From an uncultured Candidatus Peribacteria bacterium (GTDB lineage: Bacteria; Patescibacteriota; Gracilibacteria; UBA1369; PNNO01): a DNA stretch of 38,473 nucleotides. The translations under genes and the position numbers were made by a program. The notes under the pieces are model-generated. The model saw only the letters and a list, made by a program, of their open reading frames with translations, had not been told where the DNA came from and did not search any database. Shown here one piece after another: positions 1 through 7,458 of the stretch (position 1 is the stretch's first letter; the number at the start of each line of letters is the position of its first letter). The stretch spans positions 1 through 38,473 of the forward strand of contig CAYFUK010000003.1 in assembly GCA_964346325.1 (NCBI GenBank), read 5' to 3'.

Positions 1-936
1 GAAGCCTTTAATGAGAAACGTTTTTTGATTCTTGCAGGATCTTTGGAAAGCCTTGATATAAGCCCTGTTGCCGAGGCAATTTGTGTGTATTGTGAAAAAG
101 AAAATATAACTTTCAAAAAAGTTAATGATTATAAAATTGTTAAAGGTATGGGTGTTATAGGTATTATGGATGATCAGGAATTTATTATAGGCAATGAAAA
201 GTTAATGCAACGATACAAAGTTAAAATGATTGATGATTTATACAATAAAGCCGAAGTAATGGCGCGTAATTTAAGAACACCCGTTTTTGTTGCACGAAAC
301 AGATCTTTGATTGGAGTAATAGGTGTTACGGACAAGCTTAAAAACAATGTTAAAAACGGTATAAATAATTTAAAAAAGAAATATAATATAAGTTTAATAA
401 CCGGTGATAATCAAATATTAACAAAAGGTGTTTGTGAAGAAATGGGTATAAAAAATTTTATTGCGGACCTTGATGAATTTGAAAAATTGGAGGCAATAAA
501 AAAATATCGCGAGAAAGAAGAGATAGTTTTAAGTATAGGGGACGGAAAAGAAGATAAAGATATTCTTGATGAATCCGATGTAGGCCTTTCATTGGGTGCT
601 TATTCGGATTTATCAACAAAAACGAATGATATAACTTTAATCAGCGATGATATAAATAAAATTGATTACCTTTTAAATTTATCAGAAATAATAAAAAATA
701 TTTCCAGAAAAAATCTGCAGATTACGGTCTTGTATCACTTTATCGTACTGATAATTGCAAGCGGATTATTAGTACCTTTCGTGAATTTATTAATACATCC
801 GGCTGCGGCAGCCTTATTAATGTTTTCTTCGTTTATGCTGATAGAAAAAAACAGTTTTGCCAGCTTTCGAAATAAATCCGCCTCTCTTCATCATGATTAT
901 TTAGTGCCTAATACGCCGCCATATTCCAACTCATAA
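1..936 (+). CDS. Heavy-metal (P1B-type) P-type ATPase, C-terminal part (5' end outside window); several motifs degenerate
   Basis: Frame is open from base 1. Contains GxGV, IGNEKLM, TGDN, GDG and D-V-G-x-x-G/ADI-like segments plus C-terminal TM helices. Canonical SEHP reads DISP and GDGxND reads GDGKED. Confidence 0.8.
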   Translation, partial: EAFNEKRFLILAGSLESLDISPVAEAICVYCEKENITFKKVNDYKIVKGMGVIGIMDDQEFIIGNEKLMQRYKVKMIDDLYNKAEVMARNLRTPVFVARNRSLIGVIGVTDKLKNNVKNGINNLKKKYNISLITGDNQILTKGVCEEMGIKNFIADLDEFEKLEAIKKYREKEEIVLSIGDGKEDKDILDESDVGLSLGAYSDLSTKTNDITLISDDINKIDYLLNLSEIIKNISRKNLQITVLYHFIVLIIASGLLVPFVNLLIHPAAAALLMFSSFMLIEKNSFASFRNKSASLHHDYLVPNTPPYSNS

Positions 937-2012
937 ATGTGTAAAAAGGCCAATAACAGGTTTAATGCAATTGGTCCGTAAATTATTCCTTTAGGGCCAA
1001 AAGCGAATACTCCGCCCAATACGGCCAGGAATGTAAGTAGCGGATGCACAGGCGCTCTCCCCTCTATCAAATAAGGTCTTACAAAATTATCAACTGTTCC
1101 TATAATCAATGTTCCCCATAAAAATAATCCTATCCCACCTATTATGTTACCGGTAGCTATAAGTATTATTGAAGCCGGTACCCAGATTAAACCCGTACCA
1201 AACAAAGGAACCAATGAAAATACTGCTGTAATTACAGCCCAAAAAATAGGATTTGGAATACCAACAATCGCATAACCTATACCTGCCAGTGTGCCCTGTA
1301 TTATAGCTGTAAAAAATATACCGAAAATCATAGCAAGGCTTACTTCCTTAAACTTTTTGAAAACCGCTTTACCGTGTTTGGGAGGCATGGGAGTTAAAGA
1401 AATAATTTTTTTTATTATTAATTCCCCGTCTTTAAAGAAATAATAAAGCGCAAAAAAGAATATAATTAATCCCAAAACAAAATCAAAAATATTACTTATT
1501 ATTCCAACAACAAAATTCTTTAAATTCTGGCCCCATTCTGCAACTGTCTGACTAATCTTTCCTATTAAATCCAAATTTAAATCCTGAAGCCCGAATTCCT
1601 GAAAGTAAGGAATTATATTCTGTAATGAATCATATAAAAAGTAACCGTCTTCCCAACGTACATAATCATCGAATTCACCAGCAGAGAACTGACCTGAAAT
1701 ATGATCCAGTGCGTTTATTACTTCAAATATAAGCAAAGTTAAAATCAAAGCCAAAGGTAACGCAATCACAATCAATGTAAAAATACAGGTAATAAAAGAA
1801 GCAATTCGTGAATGGCCTCCAAGACCTTTACTCAAAGCTTTATATACGGGAAAAAATATTGTTGCAAAAATTGAAGCAAATATAAGACTTGTTAAAAATT
1901 GGCTATACATTACATAGATGTAATAAAAAAGCACAACCAAAACAAGCAAAAGGAAATAACCCGCAAAATTGGGAACTGTGAGATTATATTTTTTAGCGGA
2001 CCCTTTAGGCAA
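897..2012 (-). CDS. AI-2E family (PerM/YdiK-like) transporter
   Basis: Multi-TM protein with IQG, P-x-x-G-x-x-L-I-W-x-P, GTVDNFVRP, HPLL and FG-x-x-G-I-I-x-GP signatures; TTG start. Confidence 0.9.
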   Translation of the reverse strand: MPKGSAKKYNLTVPNFAGYFLLLVLVVLFYYIYVMYSQFLTSLIFASIFATIFFPVYKALSKGLGGHSRIASFITCIFTLIVIALPLALILTLLIFEVINALDHISGQFSAGEFDDYVRWEDGYFLYDSLQNIIPYFQEFGLQDLNLDLIGKISQTVAEWGQNLKNFVVGIISNIFDFVLGLIIFFFALYYFFKDGELIIKKIISLTPMPPKHGKAVFKKFKEVSLAMIFGIFFTAIIQGTLAGIGYAIVGIPNPIFWAVITAVFSLVPLFGTGLIWVPASIILIATGNIIGGIGLFLWGTLIIGTVDNFVRPYLIEGRAPVHPLLTFLAVLGGVFAFGPKGIIYGPIALNLLLAFLHIYELEYGGVLGTK

Positions 2013-2157
2013 TTTTATATAGTTAAATCAATATATTTATAACAAAAAATTCAAAATAAATAAATATATTTTTATTATCATGAAAATATCATATTTTAAA
2101 CTTCATTAATTTCTTATTTGTTGTAAAATTATACAGGACTAAATGAATGATCTATAT

Positions 2158-2305
2158 ATGGAAATCTTAATTATTGAAGATGATAAACAGCTTGCGAAAC
2201 ATATTGCCCCGGAATTTAAAAAACACGACCATTACCCTACAATCTGCAATATGGAAGAATTCGTCAAAAATGAGATACACACATTTTATTATTTCCTGTA
2301 TAAAT
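2158..2305 (+). pseudogene. Truncated response-regulator receiver domain (N-terminal fragment)
   Basis: MEILIIEDDKQLAKHI resembles a REC domain beta1-alpha1 start. Similarity ends before the phospho-Asp and the frame runs into the antisense of tRNA-Gln. Confidence 0.55.
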
Positions 2306-2380
2306 TGGCTGGGGTGGAGGGATTCGAACCCCCGAATCGCGGGACCAGAACCCGCTGCCTTACCACTTGGCTACACCCCA
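2306..2380 (-). tRNA. tRNA-Gln(CTG)
   Basis: Minus strand folds as TGGGGTG/CACCCCA acceptor stem, GCGGG-TT CTG GT-CCCGC anticodon arm, TTCGAAT T-loop and encoded CCA; 75 nt. Confidence 0.97.
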
Positions 2381-2401
2381 TAGTCGGCCATTTACCTCCG
2401 A

Positions 2402-3007
2402 TTATCGACTAAGGTGTTTGGTTTCATCCAGTATAATTTCTTCAACATCATGTACGCACTTAGCTATTTGATTATGAAGGCTTGGAACTTTATAATCACT
2501 TATCTCCCCGCCTCTTTCAAATTCTTTTTCCGCGCTTTCCATTCTCCGTTTAATCTCTTCTTCAGGGAGTTTACCACGTTTTAATATACGGTCAATTAAA
2601 TCCTGTTTATCGGGAACCGTTAAAAATATAGAAACCAAATTTTTTTCCGGTATTACTTTCTGAATCGATTCCAGCCCCTGCATATCAACTTCTCTTATAA
2701 TAATCCTGCCCTGCTTCAGAGCTTCTATTATTGGTGCTTTAATTGTTCCGTAATATTCTTCCTGATGTACAATTGCATATTCAAGTAATTCATTTTGTTC
2801 AATCATTCTTTTAAATTCTTCATCGGATACAAAGTGATAGGTCTGGCCGTCTTTTTCTCCGGGCCGTGGATCTCTTGTTGTGGCGGAAATAGGATACTCC
2901 CATTCAGAATGAAGCTGTTTTAGATGATTAATTACAGTCCCTTTTCCAACTCCCGAGGGGCCTGCAATTATAAATAATTTACCTGTTAATTCTTTTTCAT
3001 CAACCAT
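2402..3007 (-). CDS. gmk: Guanylate kinase
   Basis: GPSGVGKGT P-loop, SATTRDPRPGEKDG, YHFVS and YYGT motifs. Confidence 0.97.
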   Translation of the reverse strand: MVDEKELTGKLFIIAGPSGVGKGTVINHLKQLHSEWEYPISATTRDPRPGEKDGQTYHFVSDEEFKRMIEQNELLEYAIVHQEEYYGTIKAPIIEALKQGRIIIREVDMQGLESIQKVIPEKNLVSIFLTVPDKQDLIDRILKRGKLPEEEIKRRMESAEKEFERGGEISDYKVPSLHNQIAKCVHDVEEIILDETKHLSR

Positions 3008-3065
3008 AATAAAAAATTATCAGCTTAATTATTATAAATATTTTTAAGAAAAATGCCAGTGATGG

Positions 3066-3094
3066 TTGTATATCCCCCTTTTTAATGCTATAAT
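3066..3094 (+). promoter_or_regulatory. sigma70-type promoter TTGTAT-N17-TATAAT with extended -10 TG
   Basis: -35 at 3066-3071, TG at 3086-3087, perfect TATAAT at 3089-3094; points into the ORF-free structured region. Confidence 0.8.
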
Positions 3095-3106
3095 ATTAAG
3101 ATTTCA

Positions 3107-3118
3107 AGTTCTTTAAAA
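3107..3118 (+). promoter_or_regulatory. boxA-like antitermination motif AGTTCTTTAAAA
   Basis: Matches the rrn-leader boxA pattern GYTCTTT(A/G)AMA and sits just after the predicted transcription start. Confidence 0.5.
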
Positions 3119-3273
3119 TACAGAAATAAAAATAAAAAGCCGGGAGAGAGCGGATTATGAAGGCATATTCATGATCTCCCCCTCCTTACTTTTCGATGGC
3201 AGCCGGCTACTGCCACCTAAGAGTAACCTCCTTTAATAGGCCTTTATTGGCCTATTAAAAGGCAGTATCTTTG

Positions 3274-3384
3274 ATGTTTCAAAACAAAAACAAAAGAAAC
3301 AAAAACAAAATTGCTCCATATTATTTATGGGCATATCAAAACAAAAACAAACAAAAAGACGATGGTGGATCCGTCAAAAAATAA
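3274..3384 (+). CDS. Putative 36-aa mini-ORF MFQNKNKRNKNKIAPYYLWAYQNKNKQKDDGGSVKK embedded in the structured RNA
   Basis: ATG at 3274 and TAA at 3382-3384. The CAAAA repeats read in frame as (Q/R)NKNK three times. Only a weak SD-like AAGG lies upstream; translation is unproven. Confidence 0.35.
   Translation: MFQNKNKRNKNKIAPYYLWAYQNKNKQKDDGGSVKK
3279..3357 (+). repeat. Two C(A)3-5 repeat tracts sharing the 16-mer TCAAAACAAAAACAAA
   Basis: Identical 16-mer at 3279-3294 and 3336-3351, separated by a small hairpin (3312-3333). Confidence 0.85.
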
Positions 3385-3628
3385 TCCATCCAAAGAACGG
3401 TAAGGAGGCGGTCCCAAATTTAAGTTTACTTAAAGGACCACCTGTAACAAGAACGTTTAGCCGAACTTGTTACCCGCTCTTTGATCCCATAGAGTCCCAG
3501 TTACGTTTAGTAATTGATGAGGCCCTGTGAGAGATTAAAGAGATATATGTTGAGGCGTACTTCACACCTCTGCATCCATACCGCTTAACGCGGCCTTGCA
3601 TGTGTAAAAGAAGTGCGCCTCAAATTTT

Positions 3629-4192
3629 CTATGCTTTTCCCAAAGTTTTATCACCCTCTTTCCATCCGACAGGACACAAATCACCCGTTTGAAATGCTTT
3701 TACGAGTCTTATTAATTCATCAATGTTTCTTCCGATATTAACATCGTTTACAGTGTATGATTTTAAAACACCGTCAGGATCAATAATGAATGCTCCTCTT
3801 AAACTTATTCCGTTATCATAATCCAAAACATTATAAGAATAACTGACCGATTTTGTAATATCACTTAGCAAAGGATAGTTCAAATCTCCGACATCATTTT
3901 TTGACCAGGCTTCATGCGAATAAACACTATCAACACTAACTCCGAGAACCTGAGCATCGATATCTTCGAATTCCTTTTGTTTTTTACTTAATTCAATAAG
4001 TTCAGTCGGGCAAACAAAGGTGAAGTCAAGAGGATAAAAGAATAGCACAACCCATTTTCCTTTATAATCCTCAAGATGATAGTTCTTCATTTTACCTTTG
4101 TGATAACCCTCCATTTTAAAATTTGGAGCTGGTTTGCCTATTTGAAGACAGCACTCCGAACAACAAGCTGAGTCCTTGTGTGTATTTTCCAT
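3629..4192 (-). CDS. ahpC: 2-Cys peroxiredoxin (AhpC/Prx1)
   Basis: FYPLDFTFVCPTE peroxidatic motif, GRNIDE and resolving LCPVGW. Confidence 0.95.
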   Translation of the reverse strand: MENTHKDSACCSECCLQIGKPAPNFKMEGYHKGKMKNYHLEDYKGKWVVLFFYPLDFTFVCPTELIELSKKQKEFEDIDAQVLGVSVDSVYSHEAWSKNDVGDLNYPLLSDITKSVSYSYNVLDYDNGISLRGAFIIDPDGVLKSYTVNDVNIGRNIDELIRLVKAFQTGDLCPVGWKEGDKTLGKA

Positions 4193-4220
4193 AATAGCTT
4201 TGGTTAAAGAATAATCAGGA

Positions 4221-4241
4221 AATTAAGAATAATTCTTAATT
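4221..4241. promoter_or_regulatory. Perfect 10-1-10 inverted repeat, PerR/Fur-family operator-like
   Basis: AATTAAGAAT-A-ATTCTTAATT; the core resembles the Per box TTATAATnATTATAA and overlaps the predicted ahpC transcription start. Confidence 0.7.
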
Positions 4242-4244
4242 AGA

Positions 4245-4273
4245 ATTTTAATATATTGAACGCCAAATTACAA
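4245..4273 (-). promoter_or_regulatory. sigma70-type promoter of ahpC (TTGTAA-N17-TAAAAT)
   Basis: On the minus strand, -35 at 4273-4268 and -10 at 4250-4245. Confidence 0.6.
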
Positions 4274-4279
4274 GTAAAC

Positions 4280-4308
4280 TTGACCTTAATGTTATTACTA
4301 TATATCAT
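4280..4308 (+). promoter_or_regulatory. sigma70-type promoter of the flavodoxin-OFOR operon (TTGACC-N17-TATCAT)
   Basis: -35 at 4280-4285 and -10 at 4303-4308, about 30 nt upstream of the TTG start. Confidence 0.6.
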
Positions 4309-4337
4309 AAATAAAGATTAATACTAAGTAATCCAAA

Positions 4338-4781
4338 TTGACTTCAGTTTTAATTATATATGGAAGCACAGGCGGAAACACAGAATTAGTATGCGACAAA
4401 ATTGCTGAAATTTTAGAGAATAAAAGATTTAAAATAAAAAAACAAAGGGCCGAATTAACTGAAAATTCGGATTTGAAAAATTATGAATATATAATTCTGG
4501 CCGGTTCAACTTACGGTCAGGGTTTATTGCAGGACCACATGAAAAGGTTTATTAACAATCTTAAAAGTTTAAAAGGAAAAAAATGCGCTGTTATCGGACT
4601 TGGTGACAGTAAATACAATGTGGAATATGTAATTGAATCGGCAAATTTATTGGAAAAAGCGGTTAAAGAAAATAACGGAGAACTGCTGATTAAACCTTTA
4701 AGAGTAAATAAGACTCCCGTGCCACATTTGGATAAAATGGTAAAAGACTGGGCTCAAAAATTATCTAAATCAATTGAATAA
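4338..4781 (+). CDS. Flavodoxin (short chain)
   Basis: IYGSTGGNT FMN phosphate loop, GSTYGQG and GLGDSKY. Confidence 0.92.
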   Translation: MTSVLIIYGSTGGNTELVCDKIAEILENKRFKIKKQRAELTENSDLKNYEYIILAGSTYGQGLLQDHMKRFINNLKSLKGKKCAVIGLGDSKYNVEYVIESANLLEKAVKENNGELLIKPLRVNKTPVPHLDKMVKDWAQKLSKSIE

Positions 4782-6536
4782 ATGAATAGAATTTCTTTAA
4801 AAATAGCGGGTGAAAGCGGAATGGGATTGCTTACCGTTGGTAAAATAATATCAAAGGCTTTAAAAGATATTGGATATTACGTGGTGTCTGACCGAGAGTT
4901 CCCTTCTTTAATCAAAGGAGGTTGTTCAAATGTCCAGGTTGATTTCAGTAACAATAAAATTTACAGCCTGGGTAACCAAGTGGATGTTGTAGTTGCTTTG
5001 GATAGACATGGTTTGGTTAAATATATAGATGATATCAAAAAAGGCGGAATTTTAATTCATGGATATGAAAGACATGAAATGATTCCTGAATTGAAAAAAA
5101 AATGTAAGAAAAGAAATATTAAAATATTATATCTGCCTGCCAGAGAAATAGCCTATTCAATGGGCGGAAGCATATTAATGGTAAATATGGTTCTTATGGG
5201 GCTTTTGTGGAAGGTTCTCGGGCTTGATTTAAAAGATGTTATTGATGATGTTAAAAGAAGATTCAAGTCAAAACCAAAATTACTAAAGATAGATCTTAAA
5301 TGTATTAAATACGGATACGAACCAAAGAAACACCTGAAAGATATACCTCAAACAGACATTCCAAAATCAAAAAAACTATCAAAAAAATTATTAATAGATG
5401 GTACAAAAGCTCTTTGCCTCGGAGCAATTCACTGCGGAGTAAGAGCATATTATGCTTACCCTATGAGCCCTTCAAGCGGCGTTCTAACATATATAGCCGA
5501 TACCTCACACGATACCGGAGTGATTGTTAAACAGGCGGAAGACGAAATTACAGCAGCGCAATTGTGTATGGGTTCAATGCATAACGGATGCAGGGCATTC
5601 ACAGCCACATCCGGAGGCGGATTTGATTTAATGACAGAAACGGTTTCATGCGCGGGTATAACGGAAACACCTTTATTAATTGTTATAGGGCAGAGGCCGG
5701 GTCCCGGTACCGGATTGCCAACATGGACTTGCCAGGCTGATCTGGATTTGGCAATTAATGCCGGGCACGGAGAATACCCGCGAATTGTAATTGGTTGCGC
5801 TGATCCCGAAAGTTCATTCAGATTAATACAACACGCATTCAATTTTGCGGAAGAATATCAAACACCAACTATCGTATTAACTGAAAAACATGTTTATGAC
5901 TGCCATATGGTTGTTGATGAATTCAGTCAAAAAAACATACCAATCAAACGCGGACTTATTACAAAAAAATCCGAACTTAAAAAACTGGAATCAAAACAAA
6001 GATATGAATTTACCGATTCCGGTGTATCAAAAAGATGGCTGCCGGGAACAAGCGACGCTTATTATTACGCTAACAGTGATGAACATGAAGAAGACGGGTC
6101 AATAACCGAAGAAGCCCGGCCGGTTAATAAAATGATTCAAAAACGACATGTTAAGAAATTTGAAACCATAAAAAAGAATTTACCAAAGCCGGAAATAATC
6201 GGTGTTGAAAAAGATGCCGATATTTCTTTTATCGGCTGGGGGAGTTCAAAAAACGCAATAAGAGATGCCATAGAAGCGCAAAAGAAAAATGGCGTTAAAG
6301 TTAATTATATGCATTTTGATTTTGTTTGGCCTATACACGAAAAAGCTGCGAACAACTTTTTTAAAAATAATAAAAACGTACATTTAATTGAAGGCAATAT
6401 GCATGGTCAGCTTGGTAAACTAATTGAGGCTGAAACAGGTAAAAAATTTAAAAATAAATTATTGAAATATAACGGAAGACCTTTCTTTTTTGAAGATGTA
6501 ATGGAATATATTAATAAAAAAGTAAAATCTAAATGA
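4782..6536 (+). CDS. 2-oxoacid:ferredoxin/flavodoxin oxidoreductase alpha subunit (gamma-alpha fusion)
   Basis: AGESGMG N-domain, AYPMSPS, QAEDEI, ATSGGGFDLM, QRPGPGTGLPT and IEGN..GQL. Confidence 0.95.
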   Translation: MNRISLKIAGESGMGLLTVGKIISKALKDIGYYVVSDREFPSLIKGGCSNVQVDFSNNKIYSLGNQVDVVVALDRHGLVKYIDDIKKGGILIHGYERHEMIPELKKKCKKRNIKILYLPAREIAYSMGGSILMVNMVLMGLLWKVLGLDLKDVIDDVKRRFKSKPKLLKIDLKCIKYGYEPKKHLKDIPQTDIPKSKKLSKKLLIDGTKALCLGAIHCGVRAYYAYPMSPSSGVLTYIADTSHDTGVIVKQAEDEITAAQLCMGSMHNGCRAFTATSGGGFDLMTETVSCAGITETPLLIVIGQRPGPGTGLPTWTCQADLDLAINAGHGEYPRIVIGCADPESSFRLIQHAFNFAEEYQTPTIVLTEKHVYDCHMVVDEFSQKNIPIKRGLITKKSELKKLESKQRYEFTDSGVSKRWLPGTSDAYYYANSDEHEEDGSITEEARPVNKMIQKRHVKKFETIKKNLPKPEIIGVEKDADISFIGWGSSKNAIRDAIEAQKKNGVKVNYMHFDFVWPIHEKAANNFFKNNKNVHLIEGNMHGQLGKLIEAETGKKFKNKLLKYNGRPFFFEDVMEYINKKVKSK

Positions 6537-6543
6537 AGATAAT

Positions 6544-7458
6544 ATGCCAACAAATGATATAAAAAAAGTATTGAAAGATCTAAGCGGTAATAAAAGCACT
6601 TATGTTGATTATGAAAACGAAGAAGTAATCACCTGGTGTAACGGATGCGGCAATTATCAAATACAGAACGCTTTAAAGCGTGCCCTTACATTGGAAGGCT
6701 ATAAAACAAATGATATTTTAATGTGTTTTGATATAGGTTGTAATGGTAATGGTTCCGATAAAATGGGGGGATATACTTTTCATGGATTACACGGCCGTTC
6801 ATTGCCCCTTGCTGCAGGTGCCGCGATGGGCAACAGTAATATCAAAGTAATTGCTTCAGGCGGTGACGGCGGAACAATGAGTGAAGGAATAAATCATCTG
6901 GTGCATTGTGTCAGAAGTGAATATCCGATGCTGTTTATTTTACATAATAATCACAATTACGGGCTCACAACGGGTCAGGCTTCCGCATGTACGCCTCAGG
7001 GATACGAAATGAACGGATCTCCCGACGGGCAACTTCTCGAACCAATGAATCCAACCGAATTTGTTCTGAATTTGAATCCTTCTTTTGTTGCGCGCACTTT
7101 TAGCGGAGACATCAAACACATGACTGAAATATTTCAAAAAGCCTTAAATCATAAAGGTTTTGCATTTGTTGAAGTACTACAGGTTTGCCCTACTTATAAC
7201 AAAGCGACTCCTCAGGACTGGTATTGGGAGCGAATCAAATACCTTGAAGATTTAAAAAACTGGAAAGCTGATGATATTAAAAAAGCGAAAAAATATGTAA
7301 GTGATTTTGAAAAAAATGTTTATTTAGGCTTGTTTTACGAAAATAAAGACGCTGTTGATTATGTCCATAAATTACCTTATTTAAAAGATTATCAAGGTAA
7401 TCCCGCAGATGAAGTGAAATATTATAATATAGGCAAGTTACTTAAAGATTCCGAGTAA
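6544..7458 (+). CDS. 2-oxoacid:ferredoxin oxidoreductase beta subunit (TPP-binding)
   Basis: WCNGCGN, DIGC, HGLHGR, GGDG, NN.NYGLT.GQ.S and QVCPTYN. Confidence 0.95.
   Translation: MPTNDIKKVLKDLSGNKSTYVDYENEEVITWCNGCGNYQIQNALKRALTLEGYKTNDILMCFDIGCNGNGSDKMGGYTFHGLHGRSLPLAAGAAMGNSNIKVIASGGDGGTMSEGINHLVHCVRSEYPMLFILHNNHNYGLTTGQASACTPQGYEMNGSPDGQLLEPMNPTEFVLNLNPSFVARTFSGDIKHMTEIFQKALNHKGFAFVEVLQVCPTYNKATPQDWYWERIKYLEDLKNWKADDIKKAKKYVSDFEKNVYLGLFYENKDAVDYVHKLPYLKDYQGNPADEVKYYNIGKLLKDSE

Larger units (their letters stand above)
3101..3625 (+). ncRNA. Candidate large structured RNA of unknown family
   Basis: Own promoter and GC-richer helices than flanks. Closing helix 3142-3153/3474-3488. Stems at 3154-3175, 3186-3226, 3232-3259, 3268-3276/3387-3396, 3410-3439, 3444-3473, 3498-3516 and 3550-3623. 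G-U pairs mostly favour the + strand. Confidence 0.7.

Noticed and set aside
2174-2412. ORFs 2143-2412 and 2174-2383 as full proteins
   Set aside because: Their 3' halves are the antisense of tRNA-Gln (LAGVEGFEP, WLGWRDSNP are typical tRNA shadow translations).
3327-3530. 67-aa ORF MGISKQKQTKRRWW...
   Set aside because: Runs across several RNA helices, has no recognisable domain and is better explained as incidental to the structured RNA.
3101-3625. Identification as RNase P RNA, tmRNA, SRP RNA, CRISPR array or retron/DRT ncRNA
   Set aside because: No GAGGAAAGUCC, no tRNA-like ends or CCA, no SRP helix-8 motif, no regular repeat-spacer period, and no RT or cas gene in the window.
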